Of a stretch of 39,508 nt of DNA, positions 8,578 through 18,073 are shown piece by piece. The stretch is taken from positions 1-39,508 of IMG/VR virus record IMGVR_UViG_3300017913_001954. One strand, 5' to 3'. Within the stretch, counting starts at the first letter, position 1. Every line of letters starts with the position of its first letter. The DNA comes from a virus (lineage: Duplodnaviria; Caudoviricetes). The notes below the pieces were generated by a model. The model saw only the letters and a program-made list of their open reading frames with translations. It was not told where the DNA came from and did not search any database. The translations under genes and the position numbers were made by a program.

Positions 8578-9660
8578 ATGAGTGACGTTTTTAATAAACT
8601 TTTTGAAACTGGGTTAATTAGTGAAGAAGTGCAAACTGAAATTACTAATGCTTGGGATACAAAAGTTAAAGAACACCGTGATAGTGTTACTGCTGAACTA
8701 CGTGAGGAATTTGCTAGTCGTTACGAACATGACAAACAAAACATGATCGAAGCGATTGACAATATGGTTTCAGAGCGTTTGGAAAAGGAAATGGCTGAGA
8801 TTGCTGAAGACAAGAAAGCACTTGCTGAAGAGCGTGTTGCTTACAAGGCTAAAGTAACTGAGCATTCCAATAAACTGCAAGAGTTTGTGCTCCGTCAGTT
8901 GACCAAAGAAATTTCAGAGTTAAATGAAGACCGTAAAAAGGTTTCAGAAAACTTTGGAAAACTCGAAGACTTTATTGTAAATCAACTAGCGAAGGAAATT
9001 ACTGAGTTCGCAGAAGACAAAAAAGATCTTGCTGAAACTAAGGTACGTTTAGTTGCCGAAGCGAAAGCAAAACTTAATGAAGTGAAAAAATCATTCATTT
9101 CAAAGAGTGCTAAGGTGGTAGAGACTGCTGTTAACAAAAAGTTAGCATCAGAAATTGCTCAACTCAAAGAAGACATCCATGCTTCAAGAGAAAACCACTT
9201 TGGTAGAAAAATATTCGAAGCATTTGCTAACGAATACAATGGATCATTCTTAAATGAAAAATCAGAAACTGCAAAGTTATTGAAAGTAATTAAAGAAAAA
9301 GACATTGCATTGGCAGAAGCAGAGAAAACCATCACAGAGAAGGCTACATTGGTTGAATCTAAGGAATCTGAAATTAACAGAGCCAAAGATGAAGCAAACC
9401 GTGTTAAAGTGATGAACGAGTTGCTAACACCACTAGGTAAAGACAAGAAGGAAATCATGTCAGAACTATTGGAAAGTGTTGAAACTGCAAAGTTAAACAC
9501 TGCATTCGAAAAGTATCTACCAGCAGTGATGGCACAGAAGACTACAGAGAAAAAGGCTATTATTAATGAAGGCACTGAAGTAACAGGCAATAAAACTGAA
9601 GTTAAGGTAGAAACTAATTCGAACTTAATTGATATCCGCAGATTAGCGGGATTAAACTAA
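8578..9660 (+). CDS. gp22: Prohead core scaffolding protein (gp22-like)
   Basis: Coiled-coil, E/K-rich, contains FGRKIFEAF, and lies between the protease and major capsid genes. SD AAGGAG. Confidence 0.8.
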   Translation: MSDVFNKLFETGLISEEVQTEITNAWDTKVKEHRDSVTAELREEFASRYEHDKQNMIEAIDNMVSERLEKEMAEIAEDKKALAEERVAYKAKVTEHSNKLQEFVLRQLTKEISELNEDRKKVSENFGKLEDFIVNQLAKEITEFAEDKKDLAETKVRLVAEAKAKLNEVKKSFISKSAKVVETAVNKKLASEIAQLKEDIHASRENHFGRKIFEAFANEYNGSFLNEKSETAKLLKVIKEKDIALAEAEKTITEKATLVESKESEINRAKDEANRVKVMNELLTPLGKDKKEIMSELLESVETAKLNTAFEKYLPAVMAQKTTEKKAIINEGTEVTGNKTEVKVETNSNLIDIRRLAGLN

Positions 9661-9676
9661 TAAGGAGAGACAAAAA

Positions 9677-10855
9677 ATGTCAAATATGATCAATGAAAAT
9701 TGGCAAGAGACAAAAGGTGCACTTCTTGAAGGTCTAGATGGATCTAAGAAAAGTGTAATGGATGTCACTCTCGAGAACACTCGTAAGTATCTCGCTGAGG
9801 CGGCTTCCAGTGGTGCAACTTCCGCAGGGAATGTAGCAACTCTAAACAGAGTCATTTTGCCAGTAATTAGACGTGTAATGCCAACAACAATCGCTAACGA
9901 AATTGTTGGTGTACAACCAATGACTGGACCTGTAGCACAGATCCACACATTAAGAGTACGTTATGCTGAAACATTCGACACAGCAACAGCAGGTGAAGAA
10001 GCACTATCACCATTTAAGATTGCTGAAGGATATTCAGGTAACGCATCTGATAACGCGGCTGACGCAACAGCGACACTTGAAGGTACAGCAGGCAAAAAGA
10101 TGTCAATTCAAATCTTAAAACAAGCAGTAGAAGCGAAAACACGTAAACTATCTGCTCGTTGGACTTTTGAAGCGGCACAAGATGCTCAAGCACAACAAGG
10201 TATCGATGTTGAAGCAGAAATCATGGCGGCTTTAGCACAAGAAATTACTGCTGAAATCGACCAAGAGATCATTCAGTCTTTAAGATCTTTAGCGTCAGTT
10301 GAAGAAACTTACAACCAAGCGGCTGTATCAGGTACTGCTACTTTCGTTGGTGACGAACATGCGGCTCTTGCTGTTCTAATTAACAGAACTGCTAACAAGA
10401 TCGCACAAAGAACACGTAGAGGAGCGGCTAACTTCGCTGTTGTTAACAACCAAGCGTTGACTATGCTACAATCTGCTACAACTTCTGCGTTCGCACGTAC
10501 AACTGAAGGTACATTTGAAGGCCCAACTAACACAAAATTTGTTGGTACATTAAACAACTCAATGCGTGTTTATGTTGACGCTTACAAAGCAGACCTAACA
10601 ACAGGTACAGACAACGATGCAATCTTAGTAGGTTACAAAGGTTCATCTGAAGCAGATGCGGCGGCATTCTACTGCCCATACATTCCGCTAATGTCTTCAG
10701 GCGTTGTTCTTGATCCAGCAACTTTTGAGCCAGTAGTTTCGTTCATGACTAGATATGGTTATGTTGAGTTAAACAACACAGCATCATCTCTAGGTAATGC
10801 AGGTGACTACGTAGGTAAGGTTGCGATCAACGCGGCAAACGTATCTTTCTCTTAA
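9677..10855 (+). CDS. gp23: Major capsid protein (T4 gp23 family, compact 392 aa)
   Basis: Motifs RRVMP-IA-EIVGVQPMTGP, VEAKTRKL-A-WT-E-AQD, EIDQEII, FYCPYIPL, DP-TF-P and MTRYG. Codon usage is strongly biased. A possible gp21 cleavage site L-A-E lies near residue 41. Confidence 0.97.
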   Translation: MSNMINENWQETKGALLEGLDGSKKSVMDVTLENTRKYLAEAASSGATSAGNVATLNRVILPVIRRVMPTTIANEIVGVQPMTGPVAQIHTLRVRYAETFDTATAGEEALSPFKIAEGYSGNASDNAADATATLEGTAGKKMSIQILKQAVEAKTRKLSARWTFEAAQDAQAQQGIDVEAEIMAALAQEITAEIDQEIIQSLRSLASVEETYNQAAVSGTATFVGDEHAALAVLINRTANKIAQRTRRGAANFAVVNNQALTMLQSATTSAFARTTEGTFEGPTNTKFVGTLNNSMRVYVDAYKADLTTGTDNDAILVGYKGSSEADAAAFYCPYIPLMSSGVVLDPATFEPVVSFMTRYGYVELNNTASSLGNAGDYVGKVAINAANVSFS

Positions 10856-10876
10856 TAGAGATTATACAACTACACG

Positions 10877-10905
10877 AAAAGGGCGGCTTTATGTCGCCCT
10901 TTTTT
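10877..10905 (+). terminator. Intrinsic terminator after the major capsid gene
   Basis: AAAAGGGCGGC-TTTAT-GTCGCCCTTTTTT. Confidence 0.9.
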
Positions 10906-10911
10906 ATTGGG

Positions 10912-10917
10912 TAAATA
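10912..10917 (+). promoter_or_regulatory. Late-promoter-like TAAATA, 6 nt before ATG 10924
   Basis: GGTAAATActagtgATG, immediately after the terminator. Confidence 0.6.
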
Positions 10918-10923
10918 CTAGTG

Positions 10924-11199
10924 ATGAAACAGATAGAAATATCGCTAGATTGGCACGACGTTGAAACAGAACTAAGAGAGTTAACAAAAACTGCTCCTGA
11001 GTTCAGATTCAATGTAATTAAGTTTTGCAACAGCATCCAAAAAGAAGTGCGTAAATTAGCAGACATTGAAATAGATATACGCAGACGTCCGACAGACAGT
11101 CTTCAAATTAAACACAGAGAAAAAGCAAAAGAAATCAACGAAGCAGTAAAATTGTTTACACAAACCCACCTTATGCATCTATTCACTAGGGTAGACTAA
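10924..11199 (+). CDS. Hypothetical helical protein (~91 aa)
   Basis: The ORF fills the gap between a promoter box and the next promoter. No recognisable motif. GTG 10921 is an alternative start. Confidence 0.7.
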   Translation: MKQIEISLDWHDVETELRELTKTAPEFRFNVIKFCNSIQKEVRKLADIEIDIRRRPTDSLQIKHREKAKEINEAVKLFTQTHLMHLFTRVD

Positions 11200-11202
11200 A
11201 TA
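11197..11202 (+). promoter_or_regulatory. Late-promoter-like (AC)TAAATA
   Basis: Overlaps the stop codon of the previous ORF and precedes a ~90-nt leader. Confidence 0.65.
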
Positions 11203-11275
11203 ATACTGTCATTCAGGAGCCTACATGTAGTAGGACTTATGCGGACCAACCGCGTAGACCCTAGAACGGCATATT
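11202..11275 (+). ncRNA. Candidate structured 5' leader RNA (multi-stem junction), family unknown
   Basis: Hairpins CCTAC/GTAGG (11220-11234) and TATGCGG/CCGCGTA (11238-11256), enclosed by AATA.TGTC.TTC.AGG / CCT.GAA.GGCA.TATT. Confidence 0.5.
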
Positions 11276-11294
11276 TAAAACAAAGGAGAATATA

Positions 11295-11663
11295 ATGGGA
11301 CGTCCAGTAAATTCAAATAACTTTGGTGCAACAGGTGATGATACTACACCTACAGTGCCAATTCGCTTTCAATCAGGCGGATCAGTAATTGAAGGTTACA
11401 TTCTATCTCAGCGTGGTACGAACAAGTTTAACTGTTCAAACGATGCTGGATCAGTAACTGAAGTATGTAGATTAACAACAGATGGTTCTGCACCTAACGC
11501 TAACGGTGAGGCTCAAATTATCGGTATCGTTGATGGCGGTGGTGATGCAGTAGCAGTCAAAAAACTTTTCAATAGAACAGCAGTTGATTATGATGGCAAT
11601 CGCTACACTTGGGAAGCACAAGATGACTCATCTGAATCACTATTAATCTTAACAGCAATCTAA
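11295..11663 (+). CDS. Probable abundant virion structural protein (122 aa; decoration-protein candidate)
   Basis: Has its own promoter, a strong SD AAAGGAG, its own terminator and capsid-like codon usage, and lies close to gp23. Confidence 0.6.
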   Translation: MGRPVNSNNFGATGDDTTPTVPIRFQSGGSVIEGYILSQRGTNKFNCSNDAGSVTEVCRLTTDGSAPNANGEAQIIGIVDGGGDAVAVKKLFNRTAVDYDGNRYTWEAQDDSSESLLILTAI

Positions 11664-11674
11664 TTGCATTTGGG

Positions 11675-11705
11675 AAGAGGGCAAATTCGTTTGCCCTTTT
11701 CTTTT
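11675..11705 (+). terminator. Intrinsic terminator with a UUCG loop
   Basis: AAGAGGGCAAA-TTCG-TTTGCCCTTTT followed by CTTTT. Confidence 0.9.
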
Positions 11706-11708
11706 GAC

Positions 11709-11714
11709 TAAATA
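11709..11714 (+). promoter_or_regulatory. Late-promoter-like (AC)TAAATA
   Basis: Directly follows the terminator. Confidence 0.65.
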
Positions 11715-11743
11715 ATAATATTAAGTGTTAGGAATCATAACAA

Positions 11744-12676
11744 ATGGCTGTTGACGTAGTAAAAGTATCAGGAGATTACAAGATTGTTGCCGCTTCGAGC
11801 GGAACAATTACGCTAGATACTGGCGTAGAAAGAGGCGATGTAGTAGTTACAGGTAACTTGACTGTACAAGGAAATACTACAACAATTGACACTGCTAATC
11901 TAAATATTGAAGATAACGTTTTACTTTTAAACAAAGGTGAAACTGGAGCAGGAGTTAGCCTTAACACAGCAGGTATTGAAATTGACAGAGGAACAGAAAA
12001 CAATGCAAGTTTGCTGTTCAACGATAGTATTACATATACACTTCCAAATGGTGGTACAGGTACTGGTACTTACACATTCAAAATTGGTGATTCATTAGCG
12101 GCTATTAGAACCCACTATGTAACAACCGAAGGTGAAGATTTAGTATTATTAGGAGCAGATGCACCTACAGCAAAACTTAGTGTGCGTGGTACTACAAACT
12201 ACGAAAACGGATTAACAGATGATGATATTCCTAATGTTAAGTATGTTAACGAAGCATTTGAAACTATTGCTATTCCTGTTATTTCTACAGGAAACACAAG
12301 TGTAAGGGTTGAAGATCTTCAAGAAGGTGATGCAGAAAGCAATATTGTTGGTAAAGTGGATAACATTACAAAGTTGTTTATCAATAGTGATAGAATTGAA
12401 CTAGGCACAATTACACTCGATGACAACACAATTAGAGCAACAACTTCAAACGATGAATTAATTTTACAAGCAAACGGTACAGGATCTGTTGTAGTAGATG
12501 AAGTATTAAGTATTGCTAATCCTGTAAGCAGTGCGCCTGCAGGCAATAGTGGTAGATTAAAACTATATGTACAGTCAGAAGGCGCCGGCGGAACTGGCCT
12601 ATTTTTTGTAAATAACACTACTAGAGATGAGATAACTAGTAAAAGAAAAGCAATGCTCATGAGCATGATATTTTAG
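11744..12676 (+). CDS. Virion fibre/baseplate-type structural protein (310 aa)
   Basis: Contains GNLTVQGNTTT...IEDN-LLLN...AGIEIDRG and L-LQANGTG-V, motifs common in phage fibre shafts. Ends in a hydrophobic C-terminal helix. Confidence 0.7.
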   Translation: MAVDVVKVSGDYKIVAASSGTITLDTGVERGDVVVTGNLTVQGNTTTIDTANLNIEDNVLLLNKGETGAGVSLNTAGIEIDRGTENNASLLFNDSITYTLPNGGTGTGTYTFKIGDSLAAIRTHYVTTEGEDLVLLGADAPTAKLSVRGTTNYENGLTDDDIPNVKYVNEAFETIAIPVISTGNTSVRVEDLQEGDAESNIVGKVDNITKLFINSDRIELGTITLDDNTIRATTSNDELILQANGTGSVVVDEVLSIANPVSSAPAGNSGRLKLYVQSEGAGGTGLFFVNNTTRDEITSKRKAMLMSMIF

Positions 12677-12684
12677 GAAAAAAG

Positions 12685-13029
12685 ATGGCGATTACGAACC
12701 AATTTATTGATGCGGCACTTACAACAGTTTATACATCTTCTGGTGAAAATGCAATCACCACTATGATTTTCTGTAACTACCAAGATGCTGATAACATTCC
12801 AGGCGATAACACACTTACTGAAGCAGATACATTTTTAAGTGTTTATGTTGTACCTAACGGAGAAAGTGCAGTAGATTCAAACAAAATTCTGCATAACTTA
12901 AAAATTCCAGGCGGCGAAACTTTTATCATGGATACAGAAAAATTTGTATTAGAAAACGGTGATAGAATTATCTGCGAAACAACATCACCTGCTACAATCA
13001 CAGTAACTATTTCAACTATAGCGGTGTAA
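12685..13029 (+). CDS. Small beta-rich structural/adaptor protein, paralogue 1 (114 aa)
   Basis: Pattern T-VYT...FCN...IP-GET...FVLE-GD-I is shared with 17364..17693 and 31165..31482. Confidence 0.7.
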   Translation: MAITNQFIDAALTTVYTSSGENAITTMIFCNYQDADNIPGDNTLTEADTFLSVYVVPNGESAVDSNKILHNLKIPGGETFIMDTEKFVLENGDRIICETTSPATITVTISTIAV

Positions 13030-13030
13030 T

Positions 13031-13522
13031 ATGAGATTTGTAAAACAGCAACAACTTAATCCTAAACTTATAGAAGACAGATCAGTATTTGTTGGCGTAG
13101 ACGGTGCTGTGAGTTTTGAAGGTGGTACTGGCGGTCTAGTAATTGGTGGTGGAGAAACTGATGAAAGAGGATCACCATCCAACGGACAAATTAGATACAA
13201 CACCACAACAGGTAACCTAGAAGCCTATGTAAACAATAACTGGGAAACAATTCAAACAGACAGAGCAAACCTAGTAAGTATTCAGAATCTTGGAACAGGT
13301 GATGCTTCTGAAACATCATTTGGTCCACTAAGTCCTACACCAGTACGTGCAGAAAGTATTCTTGTATTGGTTGAAAACGTTGTGCAGATTGCAGGTGTAA
13401 ACTATACACTTACAACTAACGGTGATGGCACAAAGCAAGTAAAATTTGATAGTGCTGTGCCACTAGGAAAAGACGTTACAGTGATACATGGTTTTGATGG
13501 ATCACAGGTAGACAATACTTAA
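13031..13522 (+). CDS. Virion structural protein (163 aa)
   Basis: Contains a G-T-ER...GQIRYNTT...LE-Y...W motif (also twice in 13671..17354) and a C-terminal V-VENVVQ...NYT...F-SA-P-G beta-sandwich-like segment. Confidence 0.7.
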   Translation: MRFVKQQQLNPKLIEDRSVFVGVDGAVSFEGGTGGLVIGGGETDERGSPSNGQIRYNTTTGNLEAYVNNNWETIQTDRANLVSIQNLGTGDASETSFGPLSPTPVRAESILVLVENVVQIAGVNYTLTTNGDGTKQVKFDSAVPLGKDVTVIHGFDGSQVDNT

Positions 13523-13559
13523 TAATTAAACACTCTCCTTAGGTTTTTCCAAAATAAAC

Positions 13560-13565
13560 TAAATA
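13560..13565 (+). promoter_or_regulatory. Late-promoter-like (AC)TAAATA
   Basis: Intergenic, precedes a ~105-nt leader. Confidence 0.65.
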
Positions 13566-13572
13566 ATATTAA

Positions 13573-13652
13573 TTGCAGAATGACCGTATCATCTGCAAGG
13601 ACAATACTGTGGTCAACCCGCAATGTAATGTGGTTGGAGGGACAGGATCCCC
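13573..13652 (+). ncRNA. Candidate structured 5' leader RNA, family unknown
   Basis: TTGCAG.ATGA/TCAT.CTGCAA hairpin (13573-13598), then a long interrupted stem CTGT..CAAC.CGCA/TGTG.GTTG..ACAG. GC-rich compared with its flanks. Confidence 0.5.
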
Positions 13653-13670
13653 GCTTATAAGGAGAACACA

Positions 13671-16600
13671 ATGGCCGTCGGTCGTATTTCGGGTCCGTTG
13701 TTAAAGGCTAACCTACTTCGTAATGGTGTAGATTTAGCATTTGAAACGGATTTATTATATCTAGATGTAACAAACAACCGCATTGGCGTTAAAAAGTCGA
13801 ATCCTTCTTATGAGTTGGACATTAACGGAACTGTACAAACCACAGACTGGATTGCTACAAACTCAGCAACAACCGGTAACTTAACATTTTCAGGAAACAC
13901 AATTAGCAGTACACTTGGTACTATTGAACTAACACCAAGTGGAGGCGACCCTGTGATCTATCACTCAAAACTTAGAGTTGATAGTCTTGAAATGAATGAC
14001 AACACAATCAGCACAATTGATTCAAATGCTTCTATTGAATTGAATCCAAACGGCTCTGGAACAATCGAATTATTAGCAAACACAAACGTAACTGGTAACT
14101 TATATGCTACGGGCAATATTACAGCCGGCGGCAATGTCAATATTGGTGATCAAGACACCGACACAGTAAGTTTCAAAGCAGATGTTGTATCGAATATCGA
14201 ACCTGATATTGATGACACTTATTCATTAGGTACACCCAGCAAACGTTGGAAATCTGCAAATTTAAGATCAGCAAATATCAGTGATATTCAAATTGTTGAT
14301 AACATTATCGAAACAATTGACAGTAACGAAGATTTAACTATCAGAGCCAATGGTACTGGTAAAGTTAGAATAGAAAATTTACAGTTAAATGACGAAGGTA
14401 ACACTTATTACGTAACTGAAAATGGTGATGATACGGAAGAAGGCACTAGCATTGACAGTGCTTATGCTACCGTAGCGAAAGCATTGTCAGTTGCAACAAC
14501 TGGTGATACAGTAAAAATTAGTCCAGGTGTGTACACGGAAGTATTTCCTTTAGACGTTCCTGCAGGGGTTAGTGTTAACGGTGCTGGTATTAGATCTACA
14601 GTGATTAAACCAACAGCAGGCACAAACAACAAAGATGCTTTTCATCTACGCAGTGCAACAACAGTACAACACTTAACGATCAAAGATATGTTTTATGACA
14701 GTGCTAACGACACTGGTTATGCTTTTGCTTATGCACCAGCAGGATCATTAAGCGTACCACTACAGTCTCCATATATTATTAACTGTACAATTCTTAACAG
14801 AGGAAGTGTAACAACATCTGATGATCCATATGGGTTTGCATCAGGTGATGCAGGGCGTGGGGCTAAGGTAGATGGAAGTTTAATTACATCAGGGTCAATT
14901 GAAGCGGCTATGCTGTTTAATGACACTACATTCTTCTGTCCTAACCAAGTCGGTTTGTTAATGACCAACGGTGCTAGAGTAGAATGGCTAAACAGTTTTA
15001 TATACTTTGCAGATAAAGGTATGGTAGGACAATCAGGAACTGCTGGCCGTGGAGGTGATGGTAAAACAAAAGTAGATATTACAGGTGCTTCTGGAACTTT
15101 CAACGATGGCGACACTGTAACACTTACTTCTGAAGACGGTTCCACTGTTCTTGCTACAGGTACTATTGAATCTACAGAATCAGTAGGCGGTAATACTAGA
15201 TTAATTTTTGATGGTAAGGTAACAGGGTTTGTTCTAAATCCAGACAGGGAATCAAAAACAATTAGCCTTACAGGTAACACACAAATTAGTACAGCACAGA
15301 AAAAGTTTGGTACAGGAAGTTTATACTTTGACGGTACAGGTGATAGTGCAACGGTATCAAGTGCAAGTGACTTTGGTTTTGAAACAGCCAACTTTACTAT
15401 TGAAGCATTTTTTAGATTTGACAACGTAACAGGAACACAATACTTGTTTGATTTTAGATCAAGTGCTAGTGATACTGCTCCTTCAATTTATAATAACGGC
15501 GGTACATTGTATTTTGCGGAAGGTGGTACAGATAGAATTACTGGAACATCTACGCTTTTAGCAAACACATGGTATCATATTGCAGTTGCTAAATCAAATG
15601 ATGGAACAAAAATGTTTTTAAATGGTTCACAAGAAGGACCTATTTACAATGACCAAAACAACTACGGTACAGCCAATGCAATGGCCATTGGTGCTGACTG
15701 GGAAAACAACAACGAATTCAATGGATATGTTGATGAACCTAGAGTAACCAAAGGGTTGCCTAGATACCTTGGATCGTACACAGTGCCTACAGCAGAATTC
15801 ACTGGAGATCCTACAACTGTATTCCTTTCACATTTCAACGGTGCTAACGGTGCAACAACAGTTACAGAAGATGTAGATGTTGCACTAGACATTGAATCAT
15901 CAAGTGGTGGTACTGCAACAGGGATTCAATTTATTGACCTAAAACAGTTTGGTGCTGAACTAAGATCAATTGGTAGTGCAAACGTTTATGGTAACCAAGG
16001 TGTTATCGCAGACGGCGAAGGTGTGCTACTTAGACTTATTAATCATAACTTTGGTTACATTGGTGTAGGTAAGAGCCTAGACAATGACGTTTCACAGGTA
16101 GTACAAGCAAACGAAATTACACAAACCAACGGTGGTAAAGTGCTGTTTAGTTCAATTGATCAAAGCGGTGACTTTAGAGTTGGTGATGCGTTTACTGTAG
16201 ATCAAGAAACAGGTAACGTTACATTTACTGCAAGTTCGTTTGATATTAGTTCATTGTCTGGATTAACTTTCACTGACGGCGGCAGTACAACTATTGTAGA
16301 TCCAAGTAAAGTTGAAACAGGTAACATTAGAATTGCAGGTAACCAAATTATCACAACAACTGGTAACCTTACACTAAATCCAGATGGAAGTTCAGACGTT
16401 GTAATTGATGGTAACTTATCTATCACAGGTGGATTCAACGAAATTCGAGACCAAGACGGTGATACAAAAGTAAATGTTGAAAGCACATTTGGTGCTGACG
16501 AAGATAGAATTAATTTTGATGTACAAGGTTCTACCATTGCTTATGTTGATTCCGATGGATTCAATGCAACATCATTTATTTCAGACGAAGTTAAACTTGT

Positions 16601-17354
16601 TAACAACTCTGTACAAACATTTAGAGATAACAATAATTTAGAAATATTTGCCCATGGTACAGGTTATGTAGATTTAAACAGTACAAACGCATTTAAGATT
16701 CCAGCAGGAACAACAGTTCAAAGACCAAGCACACCTGTAAATGGTATGTTTAGATACAATACTTCAAGCAATGTATTTGAACTTTACAGTGACGGATTTT
16801 GGAATGCAGTAGGTGGTAGTGTAAGCGGTGTTGTTGACCAAGACCTTGACACTTATATTACAGCAGAATCGTCACCGGGCACAGATGATGATACTTTTAG
16901 ATTCTATTCTGCCTCAAGCGTGGTAGCAGACCTAGATGGAACAAGATTTAACACAGATCAAATACATGTTAATACAATTGGTACAGAAACAACCAACCAA
17001 GACCTTACTTTAGCGCCTAATGGCACTGGTAAAGTGGTAATTGGCGACATGGAGATTGATCAAACAACAAATACAATCACTAACACAGCCAGTGATGATA
17101 CGATAAATATCAGTGTTACAGGGGAAGGTTACGTTGATTTTACTGGAACATATGGTTTTAAGGTACCAGTAGGTGACGACGACGATCGTCCAGTTAGTAA
17201 CCTAGCAACAGGTCTACTAAGATATAACACTGCCCAATCTAGACTAGAAATTTGGAGCGGGTCAAGTTGGACATCGGTTGTAGGACAACAGGGTGGTATT
17301 ACTTTTGCAGAAGCAGAGGATTTATCATTCATTAATGCGTTAATATTTGGATAG
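13671..17354 (+). CDS. Large virion fibre/baseplate protein (1227 aa) with fibre repeats, a beta-helix-like region and a ConA/LamG-like lectin domain
   Basis: Repeated N-I-T..N..L-L-PNG-G-V motifs. YYV-ENG-D...AYATV-KAL marks a beta-helix entry. KFG-GSLYFDG...FTIEAF...WYHIAV...GYVDE-RVTKG (about 15300-15800) is LamG-like. Confidence 0.8.
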   Translation: MAVGRISGPLLKANLLRNGVDLAFETDLLYLDVTNNRIGVKKSNPSYELDINGTVQTTDWIATNSATTGNLTFSGNTISSTLGTIELTPSGGDPVIYHSKLRVDSLEMNDNTISTIDSNASIELNPNGSGTIELLANTNVTGNLYATGNITAGGNVNIGDQDTDTVSFKADVVSNIEPDIDDTYSLGTPSKRWKSANLRSANISDIQIVDNIIETIDSNEDLTIRANGTGKVRIENLQLNDEGNTYYVTENGDDTEEGTSIDSAYATVAKALSVATTGDTVKISPGVYTEVFPLDVPAGVSVNGAGIRSTVIKPTAGTNNKDAFHLRSATTVQHLTIKDMFYDSANDTGYAFAYAPAGSLSVPLQSPYIINCTILNRGSVTTSDDPYGFASGDAGRGAKVDGSLITSGSIEAAMLFNDTTFFCPNQVGLLMTNGARVEWLNSFIYFADKGMVGQSGTAGRGGDGKTKVDITGASGTFNDGDTVTLTSEDGSTVLATGTIESTESVGGNTRLIFDGKVTGFVLNPDRESKTISLTGNTQISTAQKKFGTGSLYFDGTGDSATVSSASDFGFETANFTIEAFFRFDNVTGTQYLFDFRSSASDTAPSIYNNGGTLYFAEGGTDRITGTSTLLANTWYHIAVAKSNDGTKMFLNGSQEGPIYNDQNNYGTANAMAIGADWENNNEFNGYVDEPRVTKGLPRYLGSYTVPTAEFTGDPTTVFLSHFNGANGATTVTEDVDVALDIESSSGGTATGIQFIDLKQFGAELRSIGSANVYGNQGVIADGEGVLLRLINHNFGYIGVGKSLDNDVSQVVQANEITQTNGGKVLFSSIDQSGDFRVGDAFTVDQETGNVTFTASSFDISSLSGLTFTDGGSTTIVDPSKVETGNIRIAGNQIITTTGNLTLNPDGSSDVVIDGNLSITGGFNEIRDQDGDTKVNVESTFGADEDRINFDVQGSTIAYVDSDGFNATSFISDEVKLVNNSVQTFRDNNNLEIFAHGTGYVDLNSTNAFKIPAGTTVQRPSTPVNGMFRYNTSSNVFELYSDGFWNAVGGSVSGVVDQDLDTYITAESSPGTDDDTFRFYSASSVVADLDGTRFNTDQIHVNTIGTETTNQDLTLAPNGTGKVVIGDMEIDQTTNTITNTASDDTINISVTGEGYVDFTGTYGFKVPVGDDDDRPVSNLATGLLRYNTAQSRLEIWSGSSWTSVVGQQGGITFAEAEDLSFINALIFG

Positions 17355-17363
17355 GAATAGACA

Positions 17364-17693
17364 ATGGCAAACATATTAAAAACAGCAGTAATAGCAGACG
17401 TAGGAAAATTACCTATTGATGCATTTACAGTTGCTTCAGGAAGAAAAATTATTGTTATTGGTTGTTCTCTAACAAACAAAAAAGATTCAACTGTGCTAGG
17501 CAGTGTTTTAGTAAAAGATCCAGGCAGTGTTACTGCTCACTATGTAAAGGATCTACCAATAGCACCTAATAGTTCAGCAAGAGTAGTTAATGGTGGAGAA
17601 AGATTAGTTTTAGATGCTAATCATGTGTTACAGGTTCAGTCTAGTTATGCAGACAGTATTGATGTAGTGATTAGTTACGCTGAACAAACATAA
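17364..17693 (+). CDS. Small beta-rich structural/adaptor protein, paralogue 2 (109 aa)
   Basis: MANILK...FTV...IGCSLTN...KDLPIAPNSS...LVL...IDVVISY-E. Confidence 0.7.
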   Translation: MANILKTAVIADVGKLPIDAFTVASGRKIIVIGCSLTNKKDSTVLGSVLVKDPGSVTAHYVKDLPIAPNSSARVVNGGERLVLDANHVLQVQSSYADSIDVVISYAEQT

Positions 17694-17705
17694 TAGGAGG
17701 AAGCA

Positions 17706-18053
17706 ATGGCAAGTTATGTAGGACAAGGTGAACAGCAACTTATAGACGGAATGGGTCCGAGATATTTCTACGGAATTAGAAAACAGGATGACGGATCTGT
17801 GTATCTTGCTGAAGTTGATCAACTTAGCCAAACAGATACAATTACAATTAACGTACCAGGTGAAGTTGCTGAAAACTATGACGGATTTGATTTTGGTCAA
17901 GACTTTTTTGAAGGTAGAGATGTTAACCATGAAAAAGTTTTTCAAAATTTAAAATATGAACAATACAGATGGGACTATCAAAAAATTAATTATTACATCA
18001 ATGATGACGGTAACTTGGTTGCAAGATTAAATCAACCATATGATCGTACATAA
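17706..18053 (+). CDS. Hypothetical virion-associated protein (115 aa)
   Basis: Strong SD AGGAGG, tight packing within the structural operon. Confidence 0.75.
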   Translation: MASYVGQGEQQLIDGMGPRYFYGIRKQDDGSVYLAEVDQLSQTDTITINVPGEVAENYDGFDFGQDFFEGRDVNHEKVFQNLKYEQYRWDYQKINYYINDDGNLVARLNQPYDRT

Positions 18054-18059
18054 TAAATA
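18054..18059 (+). promoter_or_regulatory. Late-promoter-like TAAATA
   Basis: AATAAATA, 14 nt before ATG 18074. Confidence 0.5.
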
Positions 18060-18073
18060 TGGAAGTATAAAAC

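Noticed and set aside
4321-10855. Introns, inteins or homing endonucleases in the head genes
   Set aside because: The portal, protease and capsid ORFs are continuous and of ordinary length, with no intein or endonuclease motifs.
11202-13670. Assigning the two leaders to tRNA, known riboswitches or hammerhead/twister ribozymes
   Set aside because: There is no cloverleaf or T-loop and no recognisable catalytic or aptamer consensus, so they are left as unknown structured RNAs.
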